From Phycisphaeraceae bacterium (GTDB lineage Bacteria > Planctomycetota > Phycisphaerae > Phycisphaerales > Phycisphaeraceae), in contig OY771506.1 of the NCBI GenBank assembly GCA_963674705.1, positions 1,632,001 through 1,696,000 on the forward strand: a stretch of DNA of 64,000 bases, in the 5' to 3' direction. The translations under genes were made by a program, and so were the position numbers. Shown here one piece after another: positions 10,783 to 21,243 of this stretch (position 1 is the first letter of the stretch; every line of letters starts with the position of its first letter). The notes beneath the pieces are model-generated. The model saw only the letters and a list, made by a program, of their open reading frames with translations. It was not told the DNA's origin and made no database searches.

Positions 10783-10912
10783 GGCCACAAAAAGGCACAG
10801 AACACACAAAAGGGTGCCCCCTCAAACACATAAGCATAACTTCCATGCTCAGATAAAACTGCACAGAAACCAGGAACCAGCCCTTTTGTGTGTTTTGTGT
10901 CTTTTCGTGGCC
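10783..10912. mobile_element. MITE-like element family A, copy 2
   Basis: Same inverted arms; internal CCCCCTCAAACACATAAGCATAACTTCCATGC identical to copy 1. Confidence 0.75.
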
Positions 10913-10934
10913 AAGACTTCTTCCGAACAGTTTC

Positions 10935-12764
<1,830 letters not shown>

Positions 12765-12912
12765 GGGGTTCAGCTTATCGGTAAGTGTGTACGCAAGCCA
12801 GAGAATCTAACTATTTAAGGTAAAAATACATACAAAACTGCTTACCCATCAAGTCGTATTGTGCCTACAATATGCTCCTCGACTATAAAGCCCCGAATCG
12901 GAGATTCAAGAT

Positions 12913-13311
12913 ATGCATATGAAAGCTCATGATAAGGACCTCGGGCCGGAGATCGTGCCCGTCAAGTTTATCCTGGAAGACCCGGAACCGTTGACCGGCA
13001 ATCATGAGAAGGAGATCGACCTCAAAGCCGCGATCGGCGAGTCGATCCTCGAACTGGCGCTCGATCACGGCATCAACATCGAACACGCCTGCGGTGGCGT
13101 CTGCGCCTGCTCCACCTGCCACGTCTATATAGATAAGGGTGAAGAATGCTTCGACGAAGCCGAGGACGAAGAACTCGACCGCGTCGACGAAGCCCCCGGC
13201 GTCGAACTGAACAGCCGACTCGCCTGCCAGGCCATCGTCAAGCGCGAAGGCGAAGTCGTCGTCCGCGTCCCCGCCTGGAACCGCAACGCGGTGAAGGAAG
13301 TGCCGCATTAG
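12913..13311 (+). CDS. fdx: [2Fe-2S] ferredoxin, ISC/adrenodoxin type
   Basis: IEHACGGVCACSTCHV ... SRLACQA. Confidence 0.92.
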   Translation: MHMKAHDKDLGPEIVPVKFILEDPEPLTGNHEKEIDLKAAIGESILELALDHGINIEHACGGVCACSTCHVYIDKGEECFDEAEDEELDRVDEAPGVELNSRLACQAIVKREGEVVVRVPAWNRNAVKEVPH

Positions 13312-13347
13312 GTGAGGGTGTGGGGTTAAAATCAAAGACAAAGAACC

Positions 13348-13386
13348 AGACGTGCAACTTCACGGTTGCGCGTCTTTTTTTTATTT
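13348..13386 (+). terminator. Rho-independent terminator after fdx
   Basis: AGACGTGCAAC-TTCACG-GTTGCGCGTCT followed by a T run. Confidence 0.75.
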
Positions 13387-13500
13387 GCCAACGCCGGTCC
13401 CGAGCGCAGTGAAGGTCCGGGCGGGTTTGTAGCAGGTGAATGTAGACCAGCAGAACAGTAGACCCTTCTCACCTGTTCACCTGCACCTGCTTCAACTGCT

Positions 13501-13923
13501 CTAACTCCCGATCATCCAAAGCGCCAACACCCCGCGCAGCGACCACAACACCGTCCGCAACCAGTTACTTCTCACGAGCAACCGATGCGCAGCCGGATCA
13601 AAACCGCTTTCCAGTTTACGATGCTGCGGAACCTGCAAGAACGCTGTCGACAGCCAGAGCAACACGACCATCGCAAGACCGGCATTCGTCATCCACAAAT
13701 CAACCCCCGCCGGTGGTGCGATCAATAACCAAATCGCGGTCGCCAGTTCCACCAGCATCGGCGGACCAACGACCCACGTCGTCAGCCGTTGATGATGCTT
13801 TTCGTATTCTGTAAACCCTTCGCTGCCGACGCGCGCCATCAGCGGGTAATGTACGACCTGCACGAACCAGATCAGGCCCGTCATGTACAGCGTCGCGCCG
13901 GCGTGGATCAACAGGAGCATCAT
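13501..13923 (-). CDS. Conserved four-TM membrane protein
   Basis: MTGLIWFVQVVHYP, LQVPQHRKL, NWLRTVLW; downstream of the photolyase and SRPBCC genes. Confidence 0.75.
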   Translation of the reverse strand: MMLLLIHAGATLYMTGLIWFVQVVHYPLMARVGSEGFTEYEKHHQRLTTWVVGPPMLVELATAIWLLIAPPAGVDLWMTNAGLAMVVLLWLSTAFLQVPQHRKLESGFDPAAHRLLVRSNWLRTVLWSLRGVLALWMIGS

Positions 13924-13938
13924 GGCGTCGCGCTCCTT

Positions 13939-14412
13939 TTAAGCAAACAAGTCGGCGAGCACCTTCTGGCGGTGCGCGAAGATCGCTTTGACATCGCGCT
14001 TGACAAACAGCGCGTTGATGATGGGCCCGCCCTTCGGCCGATACTCGACGCGGTCGCCGATCAGCGTCCCATCACCATCTTCTTTGAACCAGTGCGTGTG
14101 ATACCACAGATGGTACGGGCCCTTAAGCTGCTCGTCCGCAAACCGGTGCGGCGGGTCCCACTCCGCGATGCGCGTCCGCCACCTGATCGGCAAACCCTTG
14201 ATGCGGATCTTGTAATCGATCAGCGTGCCGACCTTCATCTCGATAGGCGTGGGCGTGATGATCTGAAATCGTACGCTGCTCGGTGTGATGCGCTCGAGAT
14301 TCGATGCATCACTGAAAAACTTGAACACCTCATCGATCGGCCGATCGATACGCTGCTCCGCGAGCACGAGTGTGTTCTTGCCATGTTTCTCGAATGTGAC
14401 GTTGTTGCTCAT
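13939..14412 (-). CDS. SRPBCC-family protein
   Basis: VFKFFSDASNLERITP, FADEQLKGPYHLWYHTHWF, IFAHRQ. Confidence 0.88.
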   Translation of the reverse strand: MSNNVTFEKHGKNTLVLAEQRIDRPIDEVFKFFSDASNLERITPSSVRFQIITPTPIEMKVGTLIDYKIRIKGLPIRWRTRIAEWDPPHRFADEQLKGPYHLWYHTHWFKEDGDGTLIGDRVEYRPKGGPIINALFVKRDVKAIFAHRQKVLADLFA

Positions 14413-15881
14413 TTGCTTTTCTTGATGGTGTCCAGCGCCGCAAGCGCCTTGTTGCGCGCTTCGCTGTGGTCGACGATTGGTTTGGGATAGTCTTTACCCA
14501 GCGTGATCCCCGCTGCTTTTAGAACCTCGGCCGGGGCTTTGGCAGGTTCGTGGATGTATTTATCTTCGAGTTTGGCAAGCTCAGGCACCCACTTGCGGAC
14601 ATACGCACCATCGGGGTCGAACTTCTTGCCTTGCAGCGTCGGGTTGAACACGCGGAAGTACGGCGCAGCATCAGCGCCGCAGCCGGCCGTCCACTGCCAG
14701 CCAAGCGTGTTGCTTGCAAGGTCCGCATCGACCAGCGTATCCCAGAACCACGTCGTGCCTTCCTGCCAACTGATGAGCAGGTCTTTGACGAGAAATGATG
14801 CCACGATCATCCGCACACGATTGTGCATCCAGCCGATGTGCCACAGCTCGCGCATCCCCGCATCGACGATCGGGTAGCCGCTCAAACCTTTCTGCCAGGC
14901 TTTGAGCGATTTGGCGTTCTTCTTCCACGGGAACTTTTTGAATTCCGGGCGCAGCGGGTTGTTGGCCGTATCGGGGAAGTGATAGAGCAGGTGGTAAGCA
15001 AACTCGCGCCAGCCGACCTCGCGCAGGTACGACCACGCGTTTTTACGGTTGCCGGCATTCATCCCGGCATTGATGCGTTTCGTCACGGCATGCCATATCT
15101 GGCGAGGGCCGATCTCGCCGAAGTGCAGGTGCGGACTTAGGCGTGATGTGCCGCGCACATCAGGCCGATCGCGGTCCTCATCGTAGTTGCGTATCGCTTC
15201 ATCTAGAAATTGTTCGAGTGCTTCGGCTGCGCCTTGTTCGCCGGGCGTCCACGCTTCACGTATCCCCTTCGCCCAATCGATCTTGGGCAGCAACTCAAGG
15301 TCATCCAGCTTAAGCGACTTGGGCCACTTCTTAGGTGACGGGATATCTCCGGGGCCTGGCACTTCGCATGCTTTCTCCGGCGCGGGCCGATCCGTGCATG
15401 TTTTCCAGAACGGTGTAAACACCTTGTAAGGATCACCCGCCTTCGTCTTCACTTCCCAAGGCTCAAACAGCAGCGACAGGTTAAAACTCTTCGCTTCAAT
15501 ATCATCATCACGCAACGCCGACTTGATCCGCTTATCCCGCTCGATCGCGGCCGGTTCGTAACAGCGGTCCCAATACACCGTGTCCGCCCCGGTCTCTTCG
15601 ATCAATTCACGCAACACTTCTTCGCAAGGCCCACTGCGGATAATCAGCCTGCTGCCGAGGTCTTTTAAAGATTTACTTATTGCCGCCAATGAATGATGAA
15701 GCCACCACCGACTCGCCGCTCCAGCGGGCCAGTCGCCCTCTTCTTCGGGTGAGTAAATATAAACCGGAACGATCGCCCCGTCCCCGGACGCATTCGCTGT
15801 GCGATCACACGCCGCCACCAGCGCCGGATTATCCGCCAGCCGAAGCCCCCGCCGAAGCCAGAGCAAAGTTGTCGCCGCCAT
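14409..15881 (-). CDS. phrB: Deoxyribodipyrimidine photolyase (CPD class I/III)
   Basis: LRLADNPAL, TSRLSPHLHFGEIGP, WMHNRVRMIVASFL, LGWQWTAG, PYFRVFNP. Confidence 0.95.
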   Translation of the reverse strand: MAATTLLWLRRGLRLADNPALVAACDRTANASGDGAIVPVYIYSPEEEGDWPAGAASRWWLHHSLAAISKSLKDLGSRLIIRSGPCEEVLRELIEETGADTVYWDRCYEPAAIERDKRIKSALRDDDIEAKSFNLSLLFEPWEVKTKAGDPYKVFTPFWKTCTDRPAPEKACEVPGPGDIPSPKKWPKSLKLDDLELLPKIDWAKGIREAWTPGEQGAAEALEQFLDEAIRNYDEDRDRPDVRGTSRLSPHLHFGEIGPRQIWHAVTKRINAGMNAGNRKNAWSYLREVGWREFAYHLLYHFPDTANNPLRPEFKKFPWKKNAKSLKAWQKGLSGYPIVDAGMRELWHIGWMHNRVRMIVASFLVKDLLISWQEGTTWFWDTLVDADLASNTLGWQWTAGCGADAAPYFRVFNPTLQGKKFDPDGAYVRKWVPELAKLEDKYIHEPAKAPAEVLKAAGITLGKDYPKPIVDHSEARNKALAALDTIKKSK

Positions 15882-15908
15882 GGGTACAGGTTAGCAGGAG
15901 GATGGTGA

Positions 15909-16129
15909 AACCGCGAAGGCGCTAAGAGCGCGAAGAAGTGTAGCCGCGAATGGACGCGAATCAACGCGAATTGGGATTAGGGTTGGGGGTTGGGGATTAG
16001 GGATTAGGGAAGGGTGCGTTATTGGCCTCGTATCATTGACCAGCCACTAGCCACTAGCCACCAAATCCCATTCGCGTTTATTAGCGTTCATTCGCGGCTA
16101 ATCAATTCTTCTTCGCGCTCTTCGCGGTT
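15909..16129. mobile_element. Nested palindromic element family B, copy 1
   Basis: Outer 9-mer arms (AACCGCGAAGGCGCTAAGAGCGCGAAG / CTTCGCGCTCTTCGCGGTT), inner 10-mer arms 15941-15971 and 16070-16100, core of GGGATTA and TAGCCAC heptamers. Confidence 0.75.
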
Positions 16130-16142
16130 CCCCTGTTCTTAC

Positions 16143-17678
16143 TCACACATCAAACTTGATCCCCTGCGCCAGCGGCAGCGCGGTGGAGTAGTTGATCGTT
16201 TGCGTGCTGCGGCGCATGTAGGCTTTCCAGGCATCGGAGCCTGATTCCCGGCCGCCGCCGGTTTCTTTTTCGCCGCCGAACGCGCCGCCGATTTCCGCAC
16301 CGCTCGTGCCGATGTTGACGTTGGCGATGCCGCAGTCGCTGCCGGCTGGGCCGCAAAACAGTTCCGCCTCGCGCACGTTGTCGGTGAACACCGCGCTGGA
16401 CAAGCCTTGCGGCACATCGTTATGAATCTGCACCGCTTCATCGAAGTCGTCATAGGTGATGACGTACAGGATCGGCGCAAATGTTTCGGTCTGCACGCAC
16501 TCGGCATCCGGCGCGATCTCGACGATCGCGGGTTTGACATACACGCCGCCCGCCGGCACGCCATCCGTCACGCGCCCGCCGCCATACAACACCTTGCCGC
16601 CCTGCTGCTTCACCGCTTCAAGCGTCTTATCCATCGCCTCGGCCGCGGCTTCATCGATGAGCGGGCCGATCAGCGTGCCCTCTTCAACCGGGTTGCCGAT
16701 CTTGATCTGGTCGTACACCTTGATCAGGCGCTCAACGATCGTGTCCTTGACGGATTTATGGGCGATCAGACGACGCAGGCTGGTGCAGCGCTGCCCGCAC
16801 GTGCCCACCGCCGCGAATGTGATCGCCGGCAACGCAAGATCAAGATTCGCGCTCGGCGTCAGGATCATCGCGTTATTGCCGCCGAGTTCCAGTAGCGCCC
16901 GTCCCAGCCGAGCGCCGACCGCTTTACCGACCGCCTTACCCATCGGGATCGAACCGGTCGCGGAGACCAGGGGCAGCTTCTTCGAGTTGGAAATCACTTC
17001 TCCGGTATCGCGCAGCCCGACGACGACGCTACTTATCCCCGCAGGACATTCATCCATCTCGTCGATCACTTCATTCAAGAGATTCTGACACGCCAGCGCG
17101 CAGAACGGCGCTTTTTCCGATGGCTTCCACACCACCGCGTCGCCGCAAACCAGCGCCAGCGCCAGGTTCCACGCCCAGACCGCGACGGGGAAGTTAAACG
17201 CGCTGATCACGCCGATGGGCCCGATCGGGTGCCACTGCTCGGCGAGTCGATGCTCGAAGCGTTCGCTCGCGATCGTCAGGCCGTACAACTGCCGGCTCAG
17301 ACCCACCGCGAAGTCGCAGATGTCGATCATCTCCTGCACTTCGCCCTCGGCTTCCGCCGTGATCTTGCCGACTTCCCACGCGACCAGGGCGCCGAGCGTC
17401 TGCTTGTATTCACGCAGCTTCACGCCGAACCGACGGACCAGTTCGCCTCGCACGGGCGCGGGCACGGTGCGCCACTTCTTGAACGCCTCGGCCGCGCTGT
17501 CGATCGCCTTCTCCGCTTCGGTCGGCGTCGCGAGTGTGACCGCCCCGAGCTTGCTGCCGTCGATCGGGCTATGGATGTCGATCGCTTGGCCGCCGGCCTG
17601 CGGGTTCTTGCCGCCGTAGGCCAGGCCCGACATGGTTTCGCTCAGTCCGAGTTTGGGGAAGAAGTCTTTGGGTTGCAT
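16143..17678 (-). CDS. ALDH7/antiquitin-like aldehyde dehydrogenase (alpha-aminoadipic semialdehyde dehydrogenase type)
   Basis: GEVQEMIDICDFAVGLSRQLYG, LELGGNNA, GQRCTSLRR, GGEKETGGGRESGSDAWK. Confidence 0.92.
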   Translation of the reverse strand: MQPKDFFPKLGLSETMSGLAYGGKNPQAGGQAIDIHSPIDGSKLGAVTLATPTEAEKAIDSAAEAFKKWRTVPAPVRGELVRRFGVKLREYKQTLGALVAWEVGKITAEAEGEVQEMIDICDFAVGLSRQLYGLTIASERFEHRLAEQWHPIGPIGVISAFNFPVAVWAWNLALALVCGDAVVWKPSEKAPFCALACQNLLNEVIDEMDECPAGISSVVVGLRDTGEVISNSKKLPLVSATGSIPMGKAVGKAVGARLGRALLELGGNNAMILTPSANLDLALPAITFAAVGTCGQRCTSLRRLIAHKSVKDTIVERLIKVYDQIKIGNPVEEGTLIGPLIDEAAAEAMDKTLEAVKQQGGKVLYGGGRVTDGVPAGGVYVKPAIVEIAPDAECVQTETFAPILYVITYDDFDEAVQIHNDVPQGLSSAVFTDNVREAELFCGPAGSDCGIANVNIGTSGAEIGGAFGGEKETGGGRESGSDAWKAYMRRSTQTINYSTALPLAQGIKFDV

Positions 17679-17722
17679 GGGGTGTCTCTATGAATTCGGG
17701 GTGAATGTTCGGGTTTTTTGTT

Positions 17723-17905
17723 TAGCCGCAAATGGACGCGAATCAACGCAAATGGGGATTAGGGATTGGGGATATATACTCTGTCAGCCACCAGCCACCA
17801 GCCACCAGCCACCAGCCACCAGCCACCAGCCACCAGCCACCAGCCACCAGCCACCAGCCACCAGCCACAATCCTATTCGCGTCTATTAGCGTTCATTTGC
17901 GGCTA
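17723..17905. mobile_element. Family B element, copy 2
   Basis: TAGCCGCAAATGGACGCGAATCAACGCAAAT ... ATTCGCGTCTATTAGCGTTCATTTGCGGCTA with heptamer core. Confidence 0.75.
17785..17868 (+). repeat. Perfect tandem repeat (CAGCCAC)x12
   Basis: 84 bp equals 12 x 7, counted directly. Confidence 0.95.
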
Positions 17906-17978
17906 TATAAGCTAAATTAACAGCCCCCAACGGATGCCACCCACCCGTCGGGGCAAAGATTATAGAACAATTTGCCGC

Positions 17979-19289
17979 TCATTCATAGAGCAGGTATGGC
18001 TTGCGATCCTCGCGGAATTGCTTGCACTGCTGACGCCAGCGGGCGAACAGCCCATCCAACGGGGCGCCTTCCATCAGCAGCAGCCTCGCCTCGTTCGTGC
18101 CGGTCGCGATATCGAACGACCGATCGCGCTTGCCGTCGCCGAACATCAGCTTCGGGCCCAGGGTCTGAGCCACCTTGAAGTTGATTTCCACCAAGTTCAC
18201 CGGCCGATCCAGATCGATGTACACCTGCACCCCCTGGCAGACCTCACCCTGGAACCGGCTGTAGAACGGCTTGAACCACGCCGGCCTGAATGTCACACCC
18301 AGCGGCGCGTGATGCGAATTCATACGCAGCAGCTTGTGCTCATTCAGCCGTGTATACAAATCACGCGGATCATCCCACTGGCTGTTCAGCGCACGCGCCA
18401 GATACTCACCGTTAATCCCCGGTGCGCCGACCAGCTCGAACGGCTGCGTGTAACCCACGCCGATCGATATCGTGTTCAGCTCCCCGATGATCCCCGTCGC
18501 GACGTAGTACGCACACGTTTCGGCGTGCGGGATGTGCGGGCTCGTAATCACCCACTTCAAACCCGTGCTCTCCCAGGTCATGTAACGGTGCCAACCCTCC
18601 ATCTGCACGACCGTCAGCTTCTTGTAATCCGGTGCGTACTTGTCGCGCACCAGTAAAGCCAACTCACCCATCGTCATGCCATGCACGTAAGGCACGGGGA
18701 TGTGTGAGATGAACGACTCGAATCCTTCTTCAACCATACCGCCTTCGATCCGGTCCCCGCCCAACGGGTTAGGCCGATCCAGCACGATGAACTCGATGTC
18801 TTCCTCGGCACATGCTTCCAGGCAGGCACGCATCGTGCTCACAAACGTGTAGCTGCGCGCCCCGATATCCTGAAGATCGAACACCAGCGCGTCGAGGTTC
18901 TCAAGCATCATGTGCGTCGGCTTGCGGTTTTCCCCATACAGCGAATACGCCGGCAGTCCGGTCCGCTCATCGGTGCGGTTCTCGATCTTGTCCCCGGCAT
19001 AGACATCCCCATACACGCCGTGCTCCGGCCCGAACAGCGCCACCAGTTCCCCGTTCTTGATGCTGTTAAGCGACTGGACCGTCGGCATGAAGCGGCTGTC
19101 CACGCTCGCCGGGTGGGCCACCAGCCCGAACTTCTTGCCACGCAAAATCTCGTAATTGGATCCGCGCAGCACGTCGATACCGAGTTTGACCGGTTGATTG
19201 TTCATCTGTGCCTGTGCCACCCCACTAAGAAGAAGCATGAGTAAAAACAGCATCGAGCCCGCCAAAGCCTGTCTGATACTTAAGTGCAT
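17979..19289 (-). CDS. namZ: Exo-beta-N-acetylmuramidase NamZ family (DUF1343), secreted
   Basis: LFGPEHG, SLYG, FDLQDIGARSYTF, VLDRPNPLGG, HGMTMGELA, F...RKPYLLY. Confidence 0.88.
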   Translation of the reverse strand: MHLSIRQALAGSMLFLLMLLLSGVAQAQMNNQPVKLGIDVLRGSNYEILRGKKFGLVAHPASVDSRFMPTVQSLNSIKNGELVALFGPEHGVYGDVYAGDKIENRTDERTGLPAYSLYGENRKPTHMMLENLDALVFDLQDIGARSYTFVSTMRACLEACAEEDIEFIVLDRPNPLGGDRIEGGMVEEGFESFISHIPVPYVHGMTMGELALLVRDKYAPDYKKLTVVQMEGWHRYMTWESTGLKWVITSPHIPHAETCAYYVATGIIGELNTISIGVGYTQPFELVGAPGINGEYLARALNSQWDDPRDLYTRLNEHKLLRMNSHHAPLGVTFRPAWFKPFYSRFQGEVCQGVQVYIDLDRPVNLVEINFKVAQTLGPKLMFGDGKRDRSFDIATGTNEARLLLMEGAPLDGLFARWRQQCKQFREDRKPYLLYE

Positions 19290-19372
19290 AAATGGAGTTC
19301 CTGGTGCATTTTGATGTGCATAGCCCAACCCACAGCATACAACAGATGCCCCGCTTGCGGTATCATCTCCGC

Positions 19373-19834
19373 ATGGAAATAAACGTCGAAACCATTGATG
19401 TCCCGATTAAACGCCTGCCCGGTAACGAGGATGTTCCTTTACCAGATTACCAATCCGACCACGCCGCCGGCATGGACCTGCACGCCGCCGTCGATGGGTC
19501 GATCATGATCCCACCCGGGGAAGTACGTATGATCCACTGCGGTTTCGCGATGGCGGTGCCCGTTGGTTACGAAGCGCAGGTCCGTCCGCGCTCCGGGCTC
19601 GGCGCCAAATACGGGATAACCCTGCCAAACGCGCCCGGTACCATCGATGCCGACTATCGCGGCGAAGTGATGGTCCCGCTGATTAACCACGGCTCGCAGC
19701 CGTTTGAAGTCACGCGCAGTATGCGTATAGCACAGATGCTTATTAAACCCGTACCCCGTACACAGTGGCAGGAAGTGGATGAGTTACCACCCACCAGCCG
19801 CGGTGAAGGCGGCTTCGGACATACCGGCCATTAA
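19373..19834 (+). CDS. dut: dUTP diphosphatase
   Basis: AAGMDL, QVRPRSGL, NAPGTIDADYRGE, RGEGGFGHTG; start set at ATG 19373. Confidence 0.97.
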   Translation: MEINVETIDVPIKRLPGNEDVPLPDYQSDHAAGMDLHAAVDGSIMIPPGEVRMIHCGFAMAVPVGYEAQVRPRSGLGAKYGITLPNAPGTIDADYRGEVMVPLINHGSQPFEVTRSMRIAQMLIKPVPRTQWQEVDELPPTSRGEGGFGHTGH

Positions 19835-19863
19835 CACACGCTCACTTATAAAGGATCACGCAA

Positions 19864-20928
19864 TTGGGTATCACACTTGGCATCATCGGCGCCGGCACGA
19901 TCGGTCGCGTACACGCGCTGGCGGCAAAGCAAATGGGCATGAAAATCGGGGGCGTCGCGGACATCCTGCCGGATAAAGCCGCCAAGCTCGCCGCCGACGT
20001 CGGGGGTGTGCCGAGTTACGATCACGCCGACAAACTGTTGGCTAACGACTCGATCGACGCCGTGGTCGTCGGCGTGCCCAATATCGACCACAAGCCGCTT
20101 GCGATCGCTTCGATGAAAGCGGGCAAGGACGTGCTGCTCGAAAAGCCGATGGCGATGAACACCGCGGAATGCAAGGAGATCAACGCCGTTGTGAAAGAAA
20201 CCGGCCGTATCCTGCAGATCGGCTACGTCCAGCGCTTCTCGACCGTCGGCCAGGGCGCCAAGCAACTGATCGACACCGGCGCGCTCGGCAAGGTCTATCA
20301 CGCCAAGGCACAACTCATCCGCCGACGCGGCATCCCCGGGCTCGGTGGATGGTTCACCACCAAGGCGCAGTCCGGCGGCGGGCCGTTGATCGACATCGGC
20401 GTGCATGTCATCGACCTCTCGCTCTACCTGCTCGGCGGCAAAAAGCCTTCGCGCGTCAGCGGCAAGACCTACTCGCACTTCGGCAGCCCCATCAAGGATT
20501 ACCTCTACGAAAGCATGTGGGCCGGCCCGCCGAACTACGACGGCGTGTTCGATGTCGAAGATGAAGCGCACGCCATGATCCACTTCGAGGACGGCACATC
20601 GCTGACCGTCGACGTCGCCTGGGCGATGAACGCGCCCGAAGACAAAATCCCCGTCAACCAGATGGCGTTCTACGGCGACAAGGGCGGCATGATCTTTGAA
20701 CTCTTCGGTGACCACGTCGTCCTCGCCAACGAACTGAACAACCGCAACGCCGACAGCAAACTCTACCTGCCGCAGGTCGAAATGCACCAGGAGCAGTTGG
20801 CCGACTTCGAAAAAGCCTGCCAAACCCGCAAAGCCCCCTGCGCGACTGGCGAGCAAGGCGAACTCGTCCAATCCATCATCGACGCCATCTACACCTCCAG
20901 CAAATCCAGCAAAGAAGTCACGTTGTAG
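19864..20928 (+). CDS. Gfo/Idh/MocA-family oxidoreductase
   Basis: GIIGAGTIG, VLLEKPMA, RRRGIPGLGGWFT, SGGGPLIDIGVHVID. Confidence 0.93.
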   Translation: MGITLGIIGAGTIGRVHALAAKQMGMKIGGVADILPDKAAKLAADVGGVPSYDHADKLLANDSIDAVVVGVPNIDHKPLAIASMKAGKDVLLEKPMAMNTAECKEINAVVKETGRILQIGYVQRFSTVGQGAKQLIDTGALGKVYHAKAQLIRRRGIPGLGGWFTTKAQSGGGPLIDIGVHVIDLSLYLLGGKKPSRVSGKTYSHFGSPIKDYLYESMWAGPPNYDGVFDVEDEAHAMIHFEDGTSLTVDVAWAMNAPEDKIPVNQMAFYGDKGGMIFELFGDHVVLANELNNRNADSKLYLPQVEMHQEQLADFEKACQTRKAPCATGEQGELVQSIIDAIYTSSKSSKEVTL

Positions 20929-20962
20929 ATTCGCTACAGTAAATCACCATGCATGACTCATT

Positions 20963-20990
20963 AGCCCCACGCACAACCGTGGGGTTTTTT
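20963..20990 (+). terminator. Rho-independent terminator
   Basis: AGCCCCACG-CACAAC-CGTGGGGTT followed by TTTT. Confidence 0.75.
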
Positions 20991-21015
20991 GTGCACAAGA
21001 AGTTTGTTCTATTTA

Positions 21016-21181
21016 CCCCCCTCTCCCCTCGGGAGAGGGCCGGGGTGAGGGCCGTAACGGGATGAATGAGCTTTGTTTATTGGGTGTTTATGCTCTGACC
21101 TTGTTCGTTCAAATGAGGCTTCGCGCACAATCAATCCGGCCCTCACCCTAACCAATTCCGGGGCTCCCGCGGGGAGAGGGG
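21016..21181. repeat. Inverted pair of CCCTCTCCC-type REP elements (family R)
   Basis: 21016-21053 CCCTCTCCCCTCGGGAGAGGGCCGGGGTGAGGG and inverted variant 21136-21181 around an AT-richer spacer. Confidence 0.85.
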
Positions 21182-21243
21182 ATAAGAAAAACCCTGGGCT
21201 TCCGCCCAGGGCTAAGGGGTTTTGTCATCGAGTAGCACGCTAT

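Noticed and set aside
17785..17868. CRISPR array or SHQPPAT-repeat protein
   Set aside because: Spacerless heptamer tandem inside a repeat element; no cas genes; the ORFs are by-products.
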